From assembly GCA_046754465.1 (NCBI GenBank), contig JBHHVU010000070.1, positions 1 through 15,147 on the forward strand: a stretch of DNA of 15,147 nt. Reading direction: 5' to 3'. A program made the position numbers and the translations under genes. This document shows positions 1-8,298 of this stretch, piece after piece (within the stretch, counting starts at the first letter, position 1; each line of letters opens with the position of its first letter). This DNA is from Nitrospinaceae bacterium (GTDB lineage: Bacteria; Nitrospinota; Nitrospinia; Nitrospinales; VA-1). The notes under the pieces were generated by a model. That model made no database searches. It saw only the letters and a list, made by a program, of their open reading frames with translations, and was not told the DNA's origin.

Positions 1-565
1 GGCCAGCGGCGTCCTGAAAACCATCGCCTGCTCGCTCATGAAAATCGCCAACGACGTGCGCTGGCTGGGGTCCGGTCCACGTTGCGGCATCGGAGAAATC
101 ATTCTGCCCGCCAACGAACCGGGAAGCTCCATCATGCCGGGCAAGGTGAACCCCACCCAGTCCGAGGCCATGACCATGGCCGCCGCCCAGGTGATCGGCA
201 ATGACACGACCATCAATGTCGCCGGCTCGTCGGGGAACTTCGAACTCAACGTGTTCAAACCCGTCATGATCTACAACCTCCTGCAATCCTTACGGCTGCT
301 CGCCGACTCCTGCGAATCCTTCGACAAACATTGCGTGCAGGGCATCGAAGCTAACGTGGAACGGATCGAAGCCCACCTGAAAAACTCCCTCATGCTGGTG
401 ACGGCGCTCAACCCGCATATCGGATACGACAACGCCGCCAAGGTGGCCAAGAATGCGTATCAGGAAAACACCTCGCTCAAGGAGGCAGCGGTGGCGCTCG
501 GCCTGATGACCGCGGAGGAATTCGATGAAAAAGTCCGGCCAGAAAAAATGATCGGCCCCAACTAA
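1..565 (+). CDS. fumC: Class II fumarate hydratase, C-terminal part (5' end outside window)
   Basis: Frame is open from position 2. Fumarase/aspartase signature [11 protein letters not shown], plus [20 protein letters not shown] and [15 protein letters not shown] typical of FumC. Confidence 0.96.
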   Translation, partial: ASGVLKTIACSLMKIANDVRWLGSGPRCGIGEIILPANEPGSSIMPGKVNPTQSEAMTMAAAQVIGNDTTINVAGSSGNFELNVFKPVMIYNLLQSLRLLADSCESFDKHCVQGIEANVERIEAHLKNSLMLVTALNPHIGYDNAAKVAKNAYQENTSLKEAAVALGLMTAEEFDEKVRPEKMIGPN

Positions 566-808
566 GGGGACTGGAATGGAGAGTGGGTGAAAGAACCCCA
601 AATTGAGCTCCGGCTGCCCCTCACTCTGGCAAGGACTTCAATTGATCCCATGCCGCTCCGCCAGCCTTGTGGAGAGAGTTTTTAAATTGCACCCCGAAGC
701 ACCGCACGAAAAGGGCGAGGAACCCACCCACGGGTTCCCGCTCCGCGGCCCTTGCGCCGTCACCCCGCGGGGGGGTGCGGTGAAATTTTCCCAGCCCGTT
801 TCCCCCTG

Positions 809-1876
809 CTACGGAATCAGTTTGCCGACCTTGTTCTGGTATTTTCCCATGAAGTAGTGCCCCATCTCGGTGAACCAAACGTTTCCCTCGGCGTCCAGGG
901 CCACCGAATTGGGATGGCTTCCATGGGTAGGAATCGGAAACTCCTCCATGCCCTGGGCCGTTCCGGGCTGGGCTTGTTTGAGGTCGAGTCGGCCGATGCT
1001 GCCCGCCCGGTTCAAGGGAAACCAGGCCCAACGGCGTTTATCGTCAATGACAATATCGTGCGGTCCTTTCCGTTTTCCAGCCAGCGAGTATTCCACGATC
1101 GCCGGGGAGGAACCGCGTGAAAAATCCAGCCGGGCGATTTTGTTGGCGAACATTTGAGTGAACCAGAGGACGCCGTCCCCGGCCAGGGTGATCCCATGGG
1201 GAACGGAATTATTGGGAGGCACGGTGATCTCTTTCACCTTGCCGGTCTGCATGTGCAACGACCCGATTTTATTGGCAAACATTTTGGCCCAGAACTTTCC
1301 TCCCTGGGAATACCAAATGGTATCCCCGCGGATGGCCAGGTCGTGCGGATGGCCGGGGCCAACGTCGAATTCGCGGATGTCGCCCGTCGCGGGATCGAGC
1401 CGGGCGATTTTATTGGTCTCGAACTCAACGAACCAGATCGATCCGTCCTTCGCCTCGACCAGGTTATGCGGTTCGCTTTTCGGGGTGGGAATGGCGAACT
1501 CCTGAATCTTACCCGTCCCCGGGTCCAGACGGCCGATCCGGTGCTTGCCCATCTCGGTGAACCAGACCATGCCATCCCGGGCGACGATGATATCGTTCGG
1601 CTTGCTAAACCGTTCGGGAAGATTGAATTCCACGATCCCCCGCGAGGTGCCGGGTTCAGCTTGCGAAGGATCGAGCCGGGCGATCTTGTCTGTATTGATT
1701 TCCGTGAACCACAAATGGCCTCCGGCGTCGAAAGCCAGCCCCGTCGGACTGCTGTTGGCGCTGGGGGTGACGTATTCGTGAATAGTGACTCCCTGTCCCG
1801 GACTGGGGAAAAGCAGCATGGCAAAACACAACAACGAAACAAGTCCCGGAAAAACGTGCAGGGTGGATTTAGTCAT
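809..1876 (-). CDS. Secreted Vgb (virginiamycin B lyase)-like 7-bladed beta-propeller protein
   Basis: Seven repeats of the pattern P-x-x-I/L...G-x-(L/V/I)WF(T/V)E...(K/R)I(A/G)RLDP. Hydrophobic N-terminal signal peptide. SD-like AGGAGGG (complement of 1884-1890). Confidence 0.85.
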   Translation of the reverse strand: MTKSTLHVFPGLVSLLCFAMLLFPSPGQGVTIHEYVTPSANSSPTGLAFDAGGHLWFTEINTDKIARLDPSQAEPGTSRGIVEFNLPERFSKPNDIIVARDGMVWFTEMGKHRIGRLDPGTGKIQEFAIPTPKSEPHNLVEAKDGSIWFVEFETNKIARLDPATGDIREFDVGPGHPHDLAIRGDTIWYSQGGKFWAKMFANKIGSLHMQTGKVKEITVPPNNSVPHGITLAGDGVLWFTQMFANKIARLDFSRGSSPAIVEYSLAGKRKGPHDIVIDDKRRWAWFPLNRAGSIGRLDLKQAQPGTAQGMEEFPIPTHGSHPNSVALDAEGNVWFTEMGHYFMGKYQNKVGKLIP

Positions 1877-1906
1877 GGGTCAGCCCTCCTGCCATAAAAG
1901 TTTGGG

Positions 1907-1935
1907 TTGATTGAACAATGGCTTAAATATAAACT
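1907..1935 (+). promoter_or_regulatory. Candidate sigma70-type promoter for pepA
   Basis: TTGATT (1907-1912), 17 nt spacer, TAAACT (1930-1935) in the AT-rich divergent intergenic region. Confidence 0.35.
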
Positions 1936-1990
1936 CTAATCACCATGAAGCAAGCCCTGTTTTTAAGACCAATCCTTTAAATCCAATCCC

Positions 1991-3538
1991 ATGATAAAAA
2001 CCACGGCAAAACACGACGACCCATTTCGGCACCCCACCGATTGCCTGACCCTTTTCTGCGTTGAAGAGAAAGGGCCGTCCGGCCTATTGAAAGAAATCGA
2101 TCGGTCCCTGCACGGGATCATCGCCGCGTCTTATAAGGACAAGCGGTTCGAGGCCAAATCCAACCAGGTTCTCCTGCTGAATGCCCGCGGCATGTTGAAA
2201 GCGGAAAACGTCCTGTTGGCCGGCGTGGGCAAACAGAAGGAAATCACCGAGGACCGGCTGCGCCAGGCCGCCGGCACGGCAGCGAAACAGGCCGAAAAAT
2301 CCCGTTTCAGCAAACTGTCGTTTTTCCTGGAAGACGGCGCCTTTGAAAAAATGGCCGGTTCCAGGAAGAAAGGAACCCGGGTGAACCCCGCCCAGGCGGT
2401 GACCGAAGGAGCCCAGCTGGCCCTCTACCATTTCGATCCTTACAAAAGCAAGGAGAACGAATCGCCCCCGCATCGCGTCCGGGAAATCGTTTTGTTCGGC
2501 CCATCGAAGACGCAGGCGGGCCCGCTCCGCAAGGGAGTCGGCCGGGGGGTGAAGGTGGCCGAGGCGGTGTGGCTCACCCGCGACCTGATTTCACATCCCA
2601 GTAATCGGGCGACGCCGGGGTTTCTCGCGGCCACCGCCCGGAAAATCGCCAGGAACCATGCCCTCACCTGCAAAATCCTCGGCACAAAGGAAATGAAAAA
2701 ACTCGGCATGGGATCGCTCCTCGGGGTGGCGCGCGGCAGCCACGAACCGCCCGCGTTCATCATCCTGGAATATTTCGGCGCCGGGAAAAAGGAGGCTCCG
2801 GTGGTGATCGTCGGAAAGGGCGTCACCTTCGATACCGGCGGCATTTCTCTGAAACCCTCCGCCAACATGGATGAAATGAAAATGGACATGTCGGGGGGCG
2901 CGGTGACCCTGGGAACGCTCCAGGCGGCGGCCAGCTTGCAACTACCCGTCAACGTGGTCGGACTGGTGCCGGCGACCGAGAACATGCCCGGCGGATCGGC
3001 CATCAAACCCGGGGACATCCTCACCAGCATGTCCGGGAAAACCATCGAGGTCCTGAACACCGACGCCGAGGGCCGGCTCGTTCTGGCCGACGCCTTGAAT
3101 TACGCGGCGCGGTACAAACCGCGGGCCGTGATCGATCTGGCGACCCTGACCGGGGCGGTGGTCGTCGCCCTGGGGCATCTCGCCTCCGCCGTCCTGGGAA
3201 ATAACGAACCGCTGATCGCAACACTCAAGGAATGCGGCGATGCGACAGGCGAGCGGGTGTGGCACCTGCCCCTTTGGGAAGAACACGAAAAAGCCGTGAA
3301 AAGCGATATCGCCGACCTCAAGAATATCGCCGCCCCCGGAGTGGGTGCAGGGACCATCACCGGCGCCGCCTTCCTCAAAGCCTTTGCCGGGGACCAGCCG
3401 TGGACCCATATCGATATCGCGGGAACCTCCTGGTCCAGTGAAGAAAAACCCTATATCCCCAAGGGTCCTTCAGGATACGGCGTGCGGCTCCTCATCCATT
3501 TTCTCGAACAAACCGCGGCATCCGGAATAAAGAAATAG
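1991..3538 (+). CDS. pepA: Leucyl (cytosol) aminopeptidase, M17 family
   Basis: Motifs GKGVTFDTGG, MKMDMSG, NTDAEGRL, DLATLTG and WTHIDIAG; 515 aa. Confidence 0.96.
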   Translation: MIKTTAKHDDPFRHPTDCLTLFCVEEKGPSGLLKEIDRSLHGIIAASYKDKRFEAKSNQVLLLNARGMLKAENVLLAGVGKQKEITEDRLRQAAGTAAKQAEKSRFSKLSFFLEDGAFEKMAGSRKKGTRVNPAQAVTEGAQLALYHFDPYKSKENESPPHRVREIVLFGPSKTQAGPLRKGVGRGVKVAEAVWLTRDLISHPSNRATPGFLAATARKIARNHALTCKILGTKEMKKLGMGSLLGVARGSHEPPAFIILEYFGAGKKEAPVVIVGKGVTFDTGGISLKPSANMDEMKMDMSGGAVTLGTLQAAASLQLPVNVVGLVPATENMPGGSAIKPGDILTSMSGKTIEVLNTDAEGRLVLADALNYAARYKPRAVIDLATLTGAVVVALGHLASAVLGNNEPLIATLKECGDATGERVWHLPLWEEHEKAVKSDIADLKNIAAPGVGAGTITGAAFLKAFAGDQPWTHIDIAGTSWSSEEKPYIPKGPSGYGVRLLIHFLEQTAASGIKK

Positions 3539-3584
3539 GAGGAACCAATCATCAAGCCAAGGGCCCAGTTTCCAGTTCCGCCTT

Positions 3585-4070
3585 ATGGAAAATAACCTGA
3601 TCATATTCATTCATCTGGTGGCCGCAGCCGTCGGAATGGGGAGCCTGGTATTTTGCCTCGTGTTGTTTTTGCCGGCCATGGAAAAACTCCCCAATCAGGA
3701 AAAGGTGCCGGAAGAATACTCCATTCCCTATAAAACCATGGAGGTCTTGGCCCCCACGGTGCTCGTGTGCGTTCTGACCCTGATTGGGTCCGGTTTGTAT
3801 TACTTGTGGGCCAACTATACCCGCCAGGTCGATCTCACTCCGGGTTACTACGACCTGTTCGGCATCAAGATGCTGTTCGTGGTGGCGTCGTTGTTTCTCA
3901 GCGTGTACCATACCTTCACCCTGCGTTCGCGGATCGCCAACCTCGACCTGACCCCGGAAAACAGAAAACTCGTACCGGCCACCTTGAAAAAAATGGTCAC
4001 CCTCAGCCAGGTCCTTCTGGGAACCCTTTCAGCCGCCGCGTTTATGGGAATATGGATGGCACGCTTTTAA
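3585..4070 (+). CDS. Four-TM membrane protein, CopD/DUF4149-like
   Basis: N-terminal IHLVAAAVGMGSLVF resembles the CopD-like H-x6-G pattern. Four hydrophobic segments and a K-(M/L)-L-x motif in TM3. Confidence 0.6.
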   Translation: MENNLIIFIHLVAAAVGMGSLVFCLVLFLPAMEKLPNQEKVPEEYSIPYKTMEVLAPTVLVCVLTLIGSGLYYLWANYTRQVDLTPGYYDLFGIKMLFVVASLFLSVYHTFTLRSRIANLDLTPENRKLVPATLKKMVTLSQVLLGTLSAAAFMGIWMARF

Positions 4071-4076
4071 CCCCGG

Positions 4077-4176
4077 GGGCGGCGAACCGCCGCTGGTGAT
4101 ATTGTCATACTTTATAGGGGGGACCAAGGTGGGCGGGCGATGATGCCAGGACCTATCCCCTCCCCCTGTGAGGGGG
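4077..4176 (+). repeat. Mosaic structured intergenic repeat, locus A (1 core)
   Basis: Hairpin GCGGCG-AAC-CGCCGC (4079-4093), core TTATA at 4112, tail ending GACC, hairpin CCCCCT-GTG-AGGGGG (4162-4176). 4077-4125 matches 13163-13210 at 45/49 positions by manual alignment. Confidence 0.9.
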
Positions 4177-4232
4177 CGGTCCACCGTTCTTGAGCCTGTA
4201 ACGCATATCAACATAGGAGGAGGTTCTCCAAA

Positions 4233-4481
4233 ATGAACGAAGAAAAAAAACCCGCACCCGATACACCGGAACCGCCGCCGGAAAATTCGGAGGAAGCGTC
4301 CGATTCCGCCGCGCCGGAAAAAGAAATCGATTTGAACGCCCTGTTCCCCGGCGCGGAAAACGATTTGAACGCCCTGTTTCCGGATGATGAGATCAAGCAC
4401 CTGTTAAAAAGGGTCCGCAAAAACAAAAAGGAACTGCACCAGTTGAAAGACCGGTTCCTCCAGGAGAACGATCCCCAATAA
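4233..4481 (+). CDS. Small acidic hypothetical protein with internal DLNALFP duplication
   Basis: Strong SD-like AGGAGGAGG upstream. 82 aa with a Pro/Glu-rich N-terminus and a helical charged C-terminus. Confidence 0.75.
   Translation: MNEEKKPAPDTPEPPPENSEEASDSAAPEKEIDLNALFPGAENDLNALFPDDEIKHLLKRVRKNKKELHQLKDRFLQENDPQ
4328..4378 (+). repeat. In-frame direct repeat, 33-nt period
   Basis: CGATTTGAACGCCCTGTT at 4328-4345 and 4361-4378. Confidence 0.9.
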
Positions 4482-4495
4482 CCCTATCGGGGTCC

Positions 4496-4736
4496 GGGCG
4501 GCGAACCGGGCGGAGTGCCTCCGCAGGCAATTTGGCAGGCGTTATATGGCGGACCAGGGTGGGCTGGCGATAATGCCATGACCCACTCCCTGCGCCGTGG
4601 GCGCAGCCTCCGCAGGCAATTTGACAGGCGTTATATGGCGGGCCGAGTACCTCGGCTGGTAATTGGACATGCGTTATATGCCGGACCCAGATCGACAGGC
4701 GGTTTAGATGGACCCATCTCCCTCCGGGCGTGGCCC
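4496..4736 (+). repeat. Mosaic structured intergenic repeat, locus B (3 cores)
   Basis: TTATAT cores at 4542, 4631 and 4674. 4517-4555 and 4606-4644 are 37/39 identical. Hairpins at 4510-4524, 4590-4606, 4642-4656 and 4726-4736. Confidence 0.92.
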
Positions 4737-4739
4737 AGC

Positions 4740-5486
4740 CTATTCCCTCCCCCGTGGGGGGTGTGGAAGGTTTTTTTTCTTTTTCAGGATCCCCAGGACC
4801 TTGGTGACGTGGTCGTACCCCATTTGATCCTTTAAAGCGGCGAAAGTTTCCTGGGCGTGGGTGAAGTGGCCGATCGCCTGGGGGATGTTTTCGATTTTCC
4901 AGTAATACTGTCCGATGGACTCATAGACCTTGGCCTTGTCCCTGTGCGGCTGGGCACCTTCGATCGCCTGACCAGCTTTTTCGTACCACTCGCCCGCCGA
5001 ATCCTCATGCCCAAGGGCCAGTTGAAGATCACCGACATGTTTCAGAGCCCGGCCGGTTCCCACGGCGTCGTGGTTGCTGGTGTGGTAATCTACCGCCTTC
5101 AGGTAACTGGTTTCCGCCTCTTCGACTTGGTTGGCGAACCTATACAGGTCGCCCAGGGATTCATAAGTTTTTGCGGCGCGGGTAAAATTTTTCCTGGTTT
5201 CGTAGATGGCAATGGCCTTGCGGTAATTTTCCGCGCCCTGGACGAATTCATGGAAGAAATAATTTTCAGAGGCCCGCTGGATCAGGCGGCCGGCCTCATC
5301 GGCCGCATTGATAGGGGGTTTGTACAACTCGCTGGTTCCATCGCCCGTGCCGTGTTGGGAAAAGTTGAACGTTCCCCCTTTCCGGGCATTGTAGAGGTTG
5401 AAACCAATCGATGATCCCACCATGAGGACCAGGCCAATCAGCAAATTGCGTTTGGTTTTGTTTCGCAAAAAATCCGGCTTGGTCAC
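4740..5486 (-). CDS. Membrane-anchored tetratricopeptide-repeat (TPR) protein
   Basis: TPR-like units (AAKTYESLGDLY, ALKHVGDL, AKVYESIGQYY) after one TM segment. Start moved to the in-frame GTG at 5486 because of an SD-like AGGTGG and the candidate promoter just upstream; the ORF-track extension to 5621 looks non-coding. Confidence 0.8.
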   Translation of the reverse strand: MTKPDFLRNKTKRNLLIGLVLMVGSSIGFNLYNARKGGTFNFSQHGTGDGTSELYKPPINAADEAGRLIQRASENYFFHEFVQGAENYRKAIAIYETRKNFTRAAKTYESLGDLYRFANQVEEAETSYLKAVDYHTSNHDAVGTGRALKHVGDLQLALGHEDSAGEWYEKAGQAIEGAQPHRDKAKVYESIGQYYWKIENIPQAIGHFTHAQETFAALKDQMGYDHVTKVLGILKKKKNLPHPPRGRE

Positions 5487-5517
5487 ATCGCCACCTGAGC
5501 ACCCTGGGTTGTGATGC

Positions 5518-5546
5518 ATTATACACCCCGTAACCTGGCATGGTAA
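5518..5546 (-). promoter_or_regulatory. Candidate sigma70-type promoter for the TPR gene
   Basis: Minus strand TTACCA (5546-5541), 17 nt spacer, perfect TATAAT (5523-5518). Confidence 0.55.
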
Positions 5547-5623
5547 ACAGCGCCCGGATAATGAATGCGGAGTTTTCCAGCCACAACCCCTGTTAGCCCT
5601 TTTTAAAATTCCAGGATTCAAAG

Positions 5624-5640
5624 CCTGACCCGGGGTCAGG
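5624..5640. other. Perfect 7-bp hairpin overlapping the purM stop codon
   Basis: CCTGACC-CGG-GGTCAGG, followed on the minus strand by CTTT only. Possible weak terminator or mRNA 3' stabiliser. Confidence 0.4.
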
Positions 5641-6733
5641 GGTGGAATTTTTGGCCCTTACCGGTCAGTTTCTTTTCGGGTATGAAGACTTCCTTGCCAT
5701 GACAGGCTTCGACCTGGCCGATGACGTGGCTTTCCACCTGGTATTCCCCGCAGATTTCGGAGACGGCTTCCACTTCGTGCGTTCCCTCGACGATGAGACA
5801 GAACCCGGTCCCCATGTTGAACACCTCGAACATTTCGCTTTCGCTCACTTCCCCCCAGTCCTGAATGAGATGAAACACCGGGGGCACGGGAGGCAGGGGA
5901 TCGATCACGAAGCGGATGTTGCTATTTTCCACCCGGTTCAAGTTGCAGAATCCGCCGCTGGTCAGGTGCACCATGGCCTTCAGGTCGATGCCGGCCTCCA
6001 GCATCTCCATCACGGGGTTGACGTAAATGCGGGTGGGTTCGAGGAGTTCCTCGCCCAGCGTCCGGCCCAGTTTGTCTTCATACTGATTGACCTTGGCTTT
6101 TTGCTCTTCCAGGGTATTTCCCAGCAGGATTTTCCGGGCGAGGGTGAGTCCGTTGGAATGCACGCCGCTGGAGGCGAGGCCGATGATCAGATTTCCGGGC
6201 TGGATGGTTTTACCGGTATTGACGTGGTCGAGCCAGACGTGGCCGATGCAGGCACCGACGAGGTCGATCCCCTGGATGATTTCGCGGACCTGGGAGATCT
6301 CGCCGCCGGAGATGCTGATGCCCGCCTGCCAGGCCCCCTCCGCCAGCCCCTTGCCCAATTGCTCGAAGACGGCGTCCTCGGTGATGGAGCAGGCGATATA
6401 GTCCACCATGCTAATCGGGCGGGCGCCGACGCAGATGATGTCGTTGACGTTCATGGCGACGCAGTCGATGCCGATGGTGTCATATTTCCCCATCAGTTCG
6501 GCGACGATCACCTTGGTTCCCACACCGTCGGTGCTGAAGGCGATGCCCTCGCCATTACCCAGATCGATGACATTGGCGAAATAACCGATGTCCGCCGCCA
6601 GGGGATACCGCTTGTTGAATTCACGGGTCGGCAGGATGTGTTTGAGGAGTCCGGAAAGAGCCCCTTCGGCGCCCCGGCTGCTGACCCCGCTTTGGGCGTA
6701 CTTGGAATTTTCGGACGATTCTGGTTTGGTCAT
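5636..6733 (-). CDS. purM: Phosphoribosylformylglycinamidine cyclo-ligase (AIR synthase)
   Basis: Motifs YAQSGV, STDGVGTK, DCVAMNVND, SSGVHSNG, LLEPTRIY and FNMG. Confidence 0.93.
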   Translation of the reverse strand: MTKPESSENSKYAQSGVSSRGAEGALSGLLKHILPTREFNKRYPLAADIGYFANVIDLGNGEGIAFSTDGVGTKVIVAELMGKYDTIGIDCVAMNVNDIICVGARPISMVDYIACSITEDAVFEQLGKGLAEGAWQAGISISGGEISQVREIIQGIDLVGACIGHVWLDHVNTGKTIQPGNLIIGLASSGVHSNGLTLARKILLGNTLEEQKAKVNQYEDKLGRTLGEELLEPTRIYVNPVMEMLEAGIDLKAMVHLTSGGFCNLNRVENSNIRFVIDPLPPVPPVFHLIQDWGEVSESEMFEVFNMGTGFCLIVEGTHEVEAVSEICGEYQVESHVIGQVEACHGKEVFIPEKKLTGKGQKFHP

Positions 6734-6841
6734 GGAATGGGATCCGTTTGATGTTAATAAACTGTGAGGTTTTGGCTTATATTATCATCAAACACCGGGT
6801 CCGTCAGCGGGGGAGTTTTTGCGGAACCGAAAAAAGTCCGT

Positions 6842-6865
6842 AAAACAAACCGCCAGGTAGGCGGC
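6842..6865 (-). terminator. Probable intrinsic terminator of the dehydrogenase gene
   Basis: Minus strand GCCGCC-TACCT-GGCGGT followed by TTGTTTT, about 10 nt after the stop codon. Confidence 0.6.
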
Positions 6866-6873
6866 GAGGCCCA

Positions 6874-8298
6874 TCAGGGATACACCCCCATGGTGCGGTA
6901 ACTGGTATAAACTTTTTCAATCGCAATGGCCATCGCGGCAACGCGGTAGTTTCCAATCTTTTTGCCGGATCGATACCGTCCGCGGATTTCCTGCCAGGCC
7001 TTACGCATGGTGTCGTCGAGACCGGAGCGGACGAGGTCGATTTCATCGGCGCCCTGCTTGATTTTTTGGGCGAGCTCCCGAGGCACCTGGTGCCCCGTCC
7101 CCTGGATGGCGTCCAGGAGCATTTCGCTCTGCCCTTCCTCGTAACGCCGCTGAATTCTGCCAAAGCGGATATGAGAGAGGTTTTTGATCCATTCAAAATA
7201 GGAGACGATGACGCCCCCGGCATTGAGAAAAACATCGGGAATCATCACCACGCCCTTTTCATTCAGGATAGCCTGGGCGGCAAAGGTGACCGGCCCATTC
7301 GCCGCTTCGGCGATCAACCGGGCCTTGATTTTCGCGGCATTCTGCTGGTTGATGACTCCTTCCATGGCGGCGGGAATCAAAATATCGCATTCCTTTTCCA
7401 AAAGCGCGTTGCTATCTTCAAAGAAGGTGGCCTTGTCGTATCCCTTGATTCCTTTCTGGTCCACCTTGTGCTGGTAAACCTCCTCGACGTTCAATCCGTC
7501 CGGATGGTACAAGGCGCCATCGTATTCGAGGATGGCGATTATCCTGGCGCCGTCTTCTTCCTGGAGAATTTTCGCCGTGTGGTAACCGACGTTTCCCAAC
7601 CCTTGAACGATGACCCTTTTCCCCTCCAGCGATCCTTCCAGTCCGGCTTCCCTGACATCTTCCGGGTGTCTGAAAAACTCACGCATGCCAAAAACGACGC
7701 CCCGGCCCGTGGCTTCGATCCGGCCCCGGATGCCCCCCATGGCGACAGGTTTTCCGGTCACGCAACCCAGGTGGTCGATATCGTCGGGCCGATGGGAGGT
7801 ATAGGTGCTCACGATCCAGGCCATCTCCCGCTGCCCGGTGCCCATATCCGGCGCGGGGACGTTGGTTCCGGAACCGATGTAATCTTTCCGGATCAGTTCG
7901 AAAGCGAACCGGCGGGTGATCCGTTCCATGCTTTCCCGGTCATATTTTTTCGGATCGATGAGCAGTCCGCCCTTGGAACCACCGAAGGGCACATCGACCA
8001 GGGCGCATTTGTAGGTCATGAGAGCGGCCAGCGCTTCCACCTCGTCCTGGTTGACGAGGTGGGAAAAACGGATGCCGCCCTTGACGGGGAGTTTGTGATC
8101 GCTGTGAACGGCCCGCCAGCCGATGAAAGTTTCCACCTCCCCCTTGATCTTGACAGGGAACCGGACCTGGTACACGTTGTTGACGTTTTTGATGTACAGG
8201 GCCATGCTTTCGGGGATATCCATCGTGGCCTGCGCCAAATCGAAATTGAGGTTGACGCTTTCTCTGAAACTGACTTCCTTTTCCGGGGGCGGGGTCAT
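6874..8298 (-). CDS. gdhA: Glu/Leu/Phe/Val dehydrogenase, most likely glutamate dehydrogenase
   Basis: KGGIRF, MTYKCA, VPFGGSKGG, VPAPD, VTGKP, ATGRG, Rossmann GLGNVG, EAANGP and NAGGVIVSYFEW. Confidence 0.93.
   Translation of the reverse strand: MTPPPEKEVSFRESVNLNFDLAQATMDIPESMALYIKNVNNVYQVRFPVKIKGEVETFIGWRAVHSDHKLPVKGGIRFSHLVNQDEVEALAALMTYKCALVDVPFGGSKGGLLIDPKKYDRESMERITRRFAFELIRKDYIGSGTNVPAPDMGTGQREMAWIVSTYTSHRPDDIDHLGCVTGKPVAMGGIRGRIEATGRGVVFGMREFFRHPEDVREAGLEGSLEGKRVIVQGLGNVGYHTAKILQEEDGARIIAILEYDGALYHPDGLNVEEVYQHKVDQKGIKGYDKATFFEDSNALLEKECDILIPAAMEGVINQQNAAKIKARLIAEAANGPVTFAAQAILNEKGVVMIPDVFLNAGGVIVSYFEWIKNLSHIRFGRIQRRYEEGQSEMLLDAIQGTGHQVPRELAQKIKQGADEIDLVRSGLDDTMRKAWQEIRGRYRSGKKIGNYRVAAMAIAIEKVYTSYRTMGVYP

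Noticed and set aside
809..1876. Calling the propeller a streptogramin resistance gene (vgb)
   Set aside because: Fold-level similarity only; the signal peptide and housekeeping context argue against assigning that function.
4476..4547. Integron attC site (…TAAC at a stop codon and GCGTTATAT resembling GTTRRRY)
   Set aside because: Left and right arms are not complementary beyond TAAC/GTTA, several copies lack GTT, no integrase is present and neighbours are housekeeping genes.
4619..4646. TTGACA plus TTATAT as a promoter, or a dif/Xer site
   Set aside because: The hexamers are 4 nt apart rather than about 17, and there is no convincing XerC/XerD 11-6-11 arrangement.
4496..4736. Repeat cluster as a CRISPR array
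   Set aside because: Units are degenerate and irregularly spaced, the intervening sequences are themselves repeated at other loci rather than unique spacers, and no cas genes are in the window.
4515..4835. ORF 4515-4835 and other short ORFs across repeat loci (3767-4099, 13782-14063, 14012-14194)
   Set aside because: They translate repeat DNA or overlap better-supported genes, and show no protein-family features.
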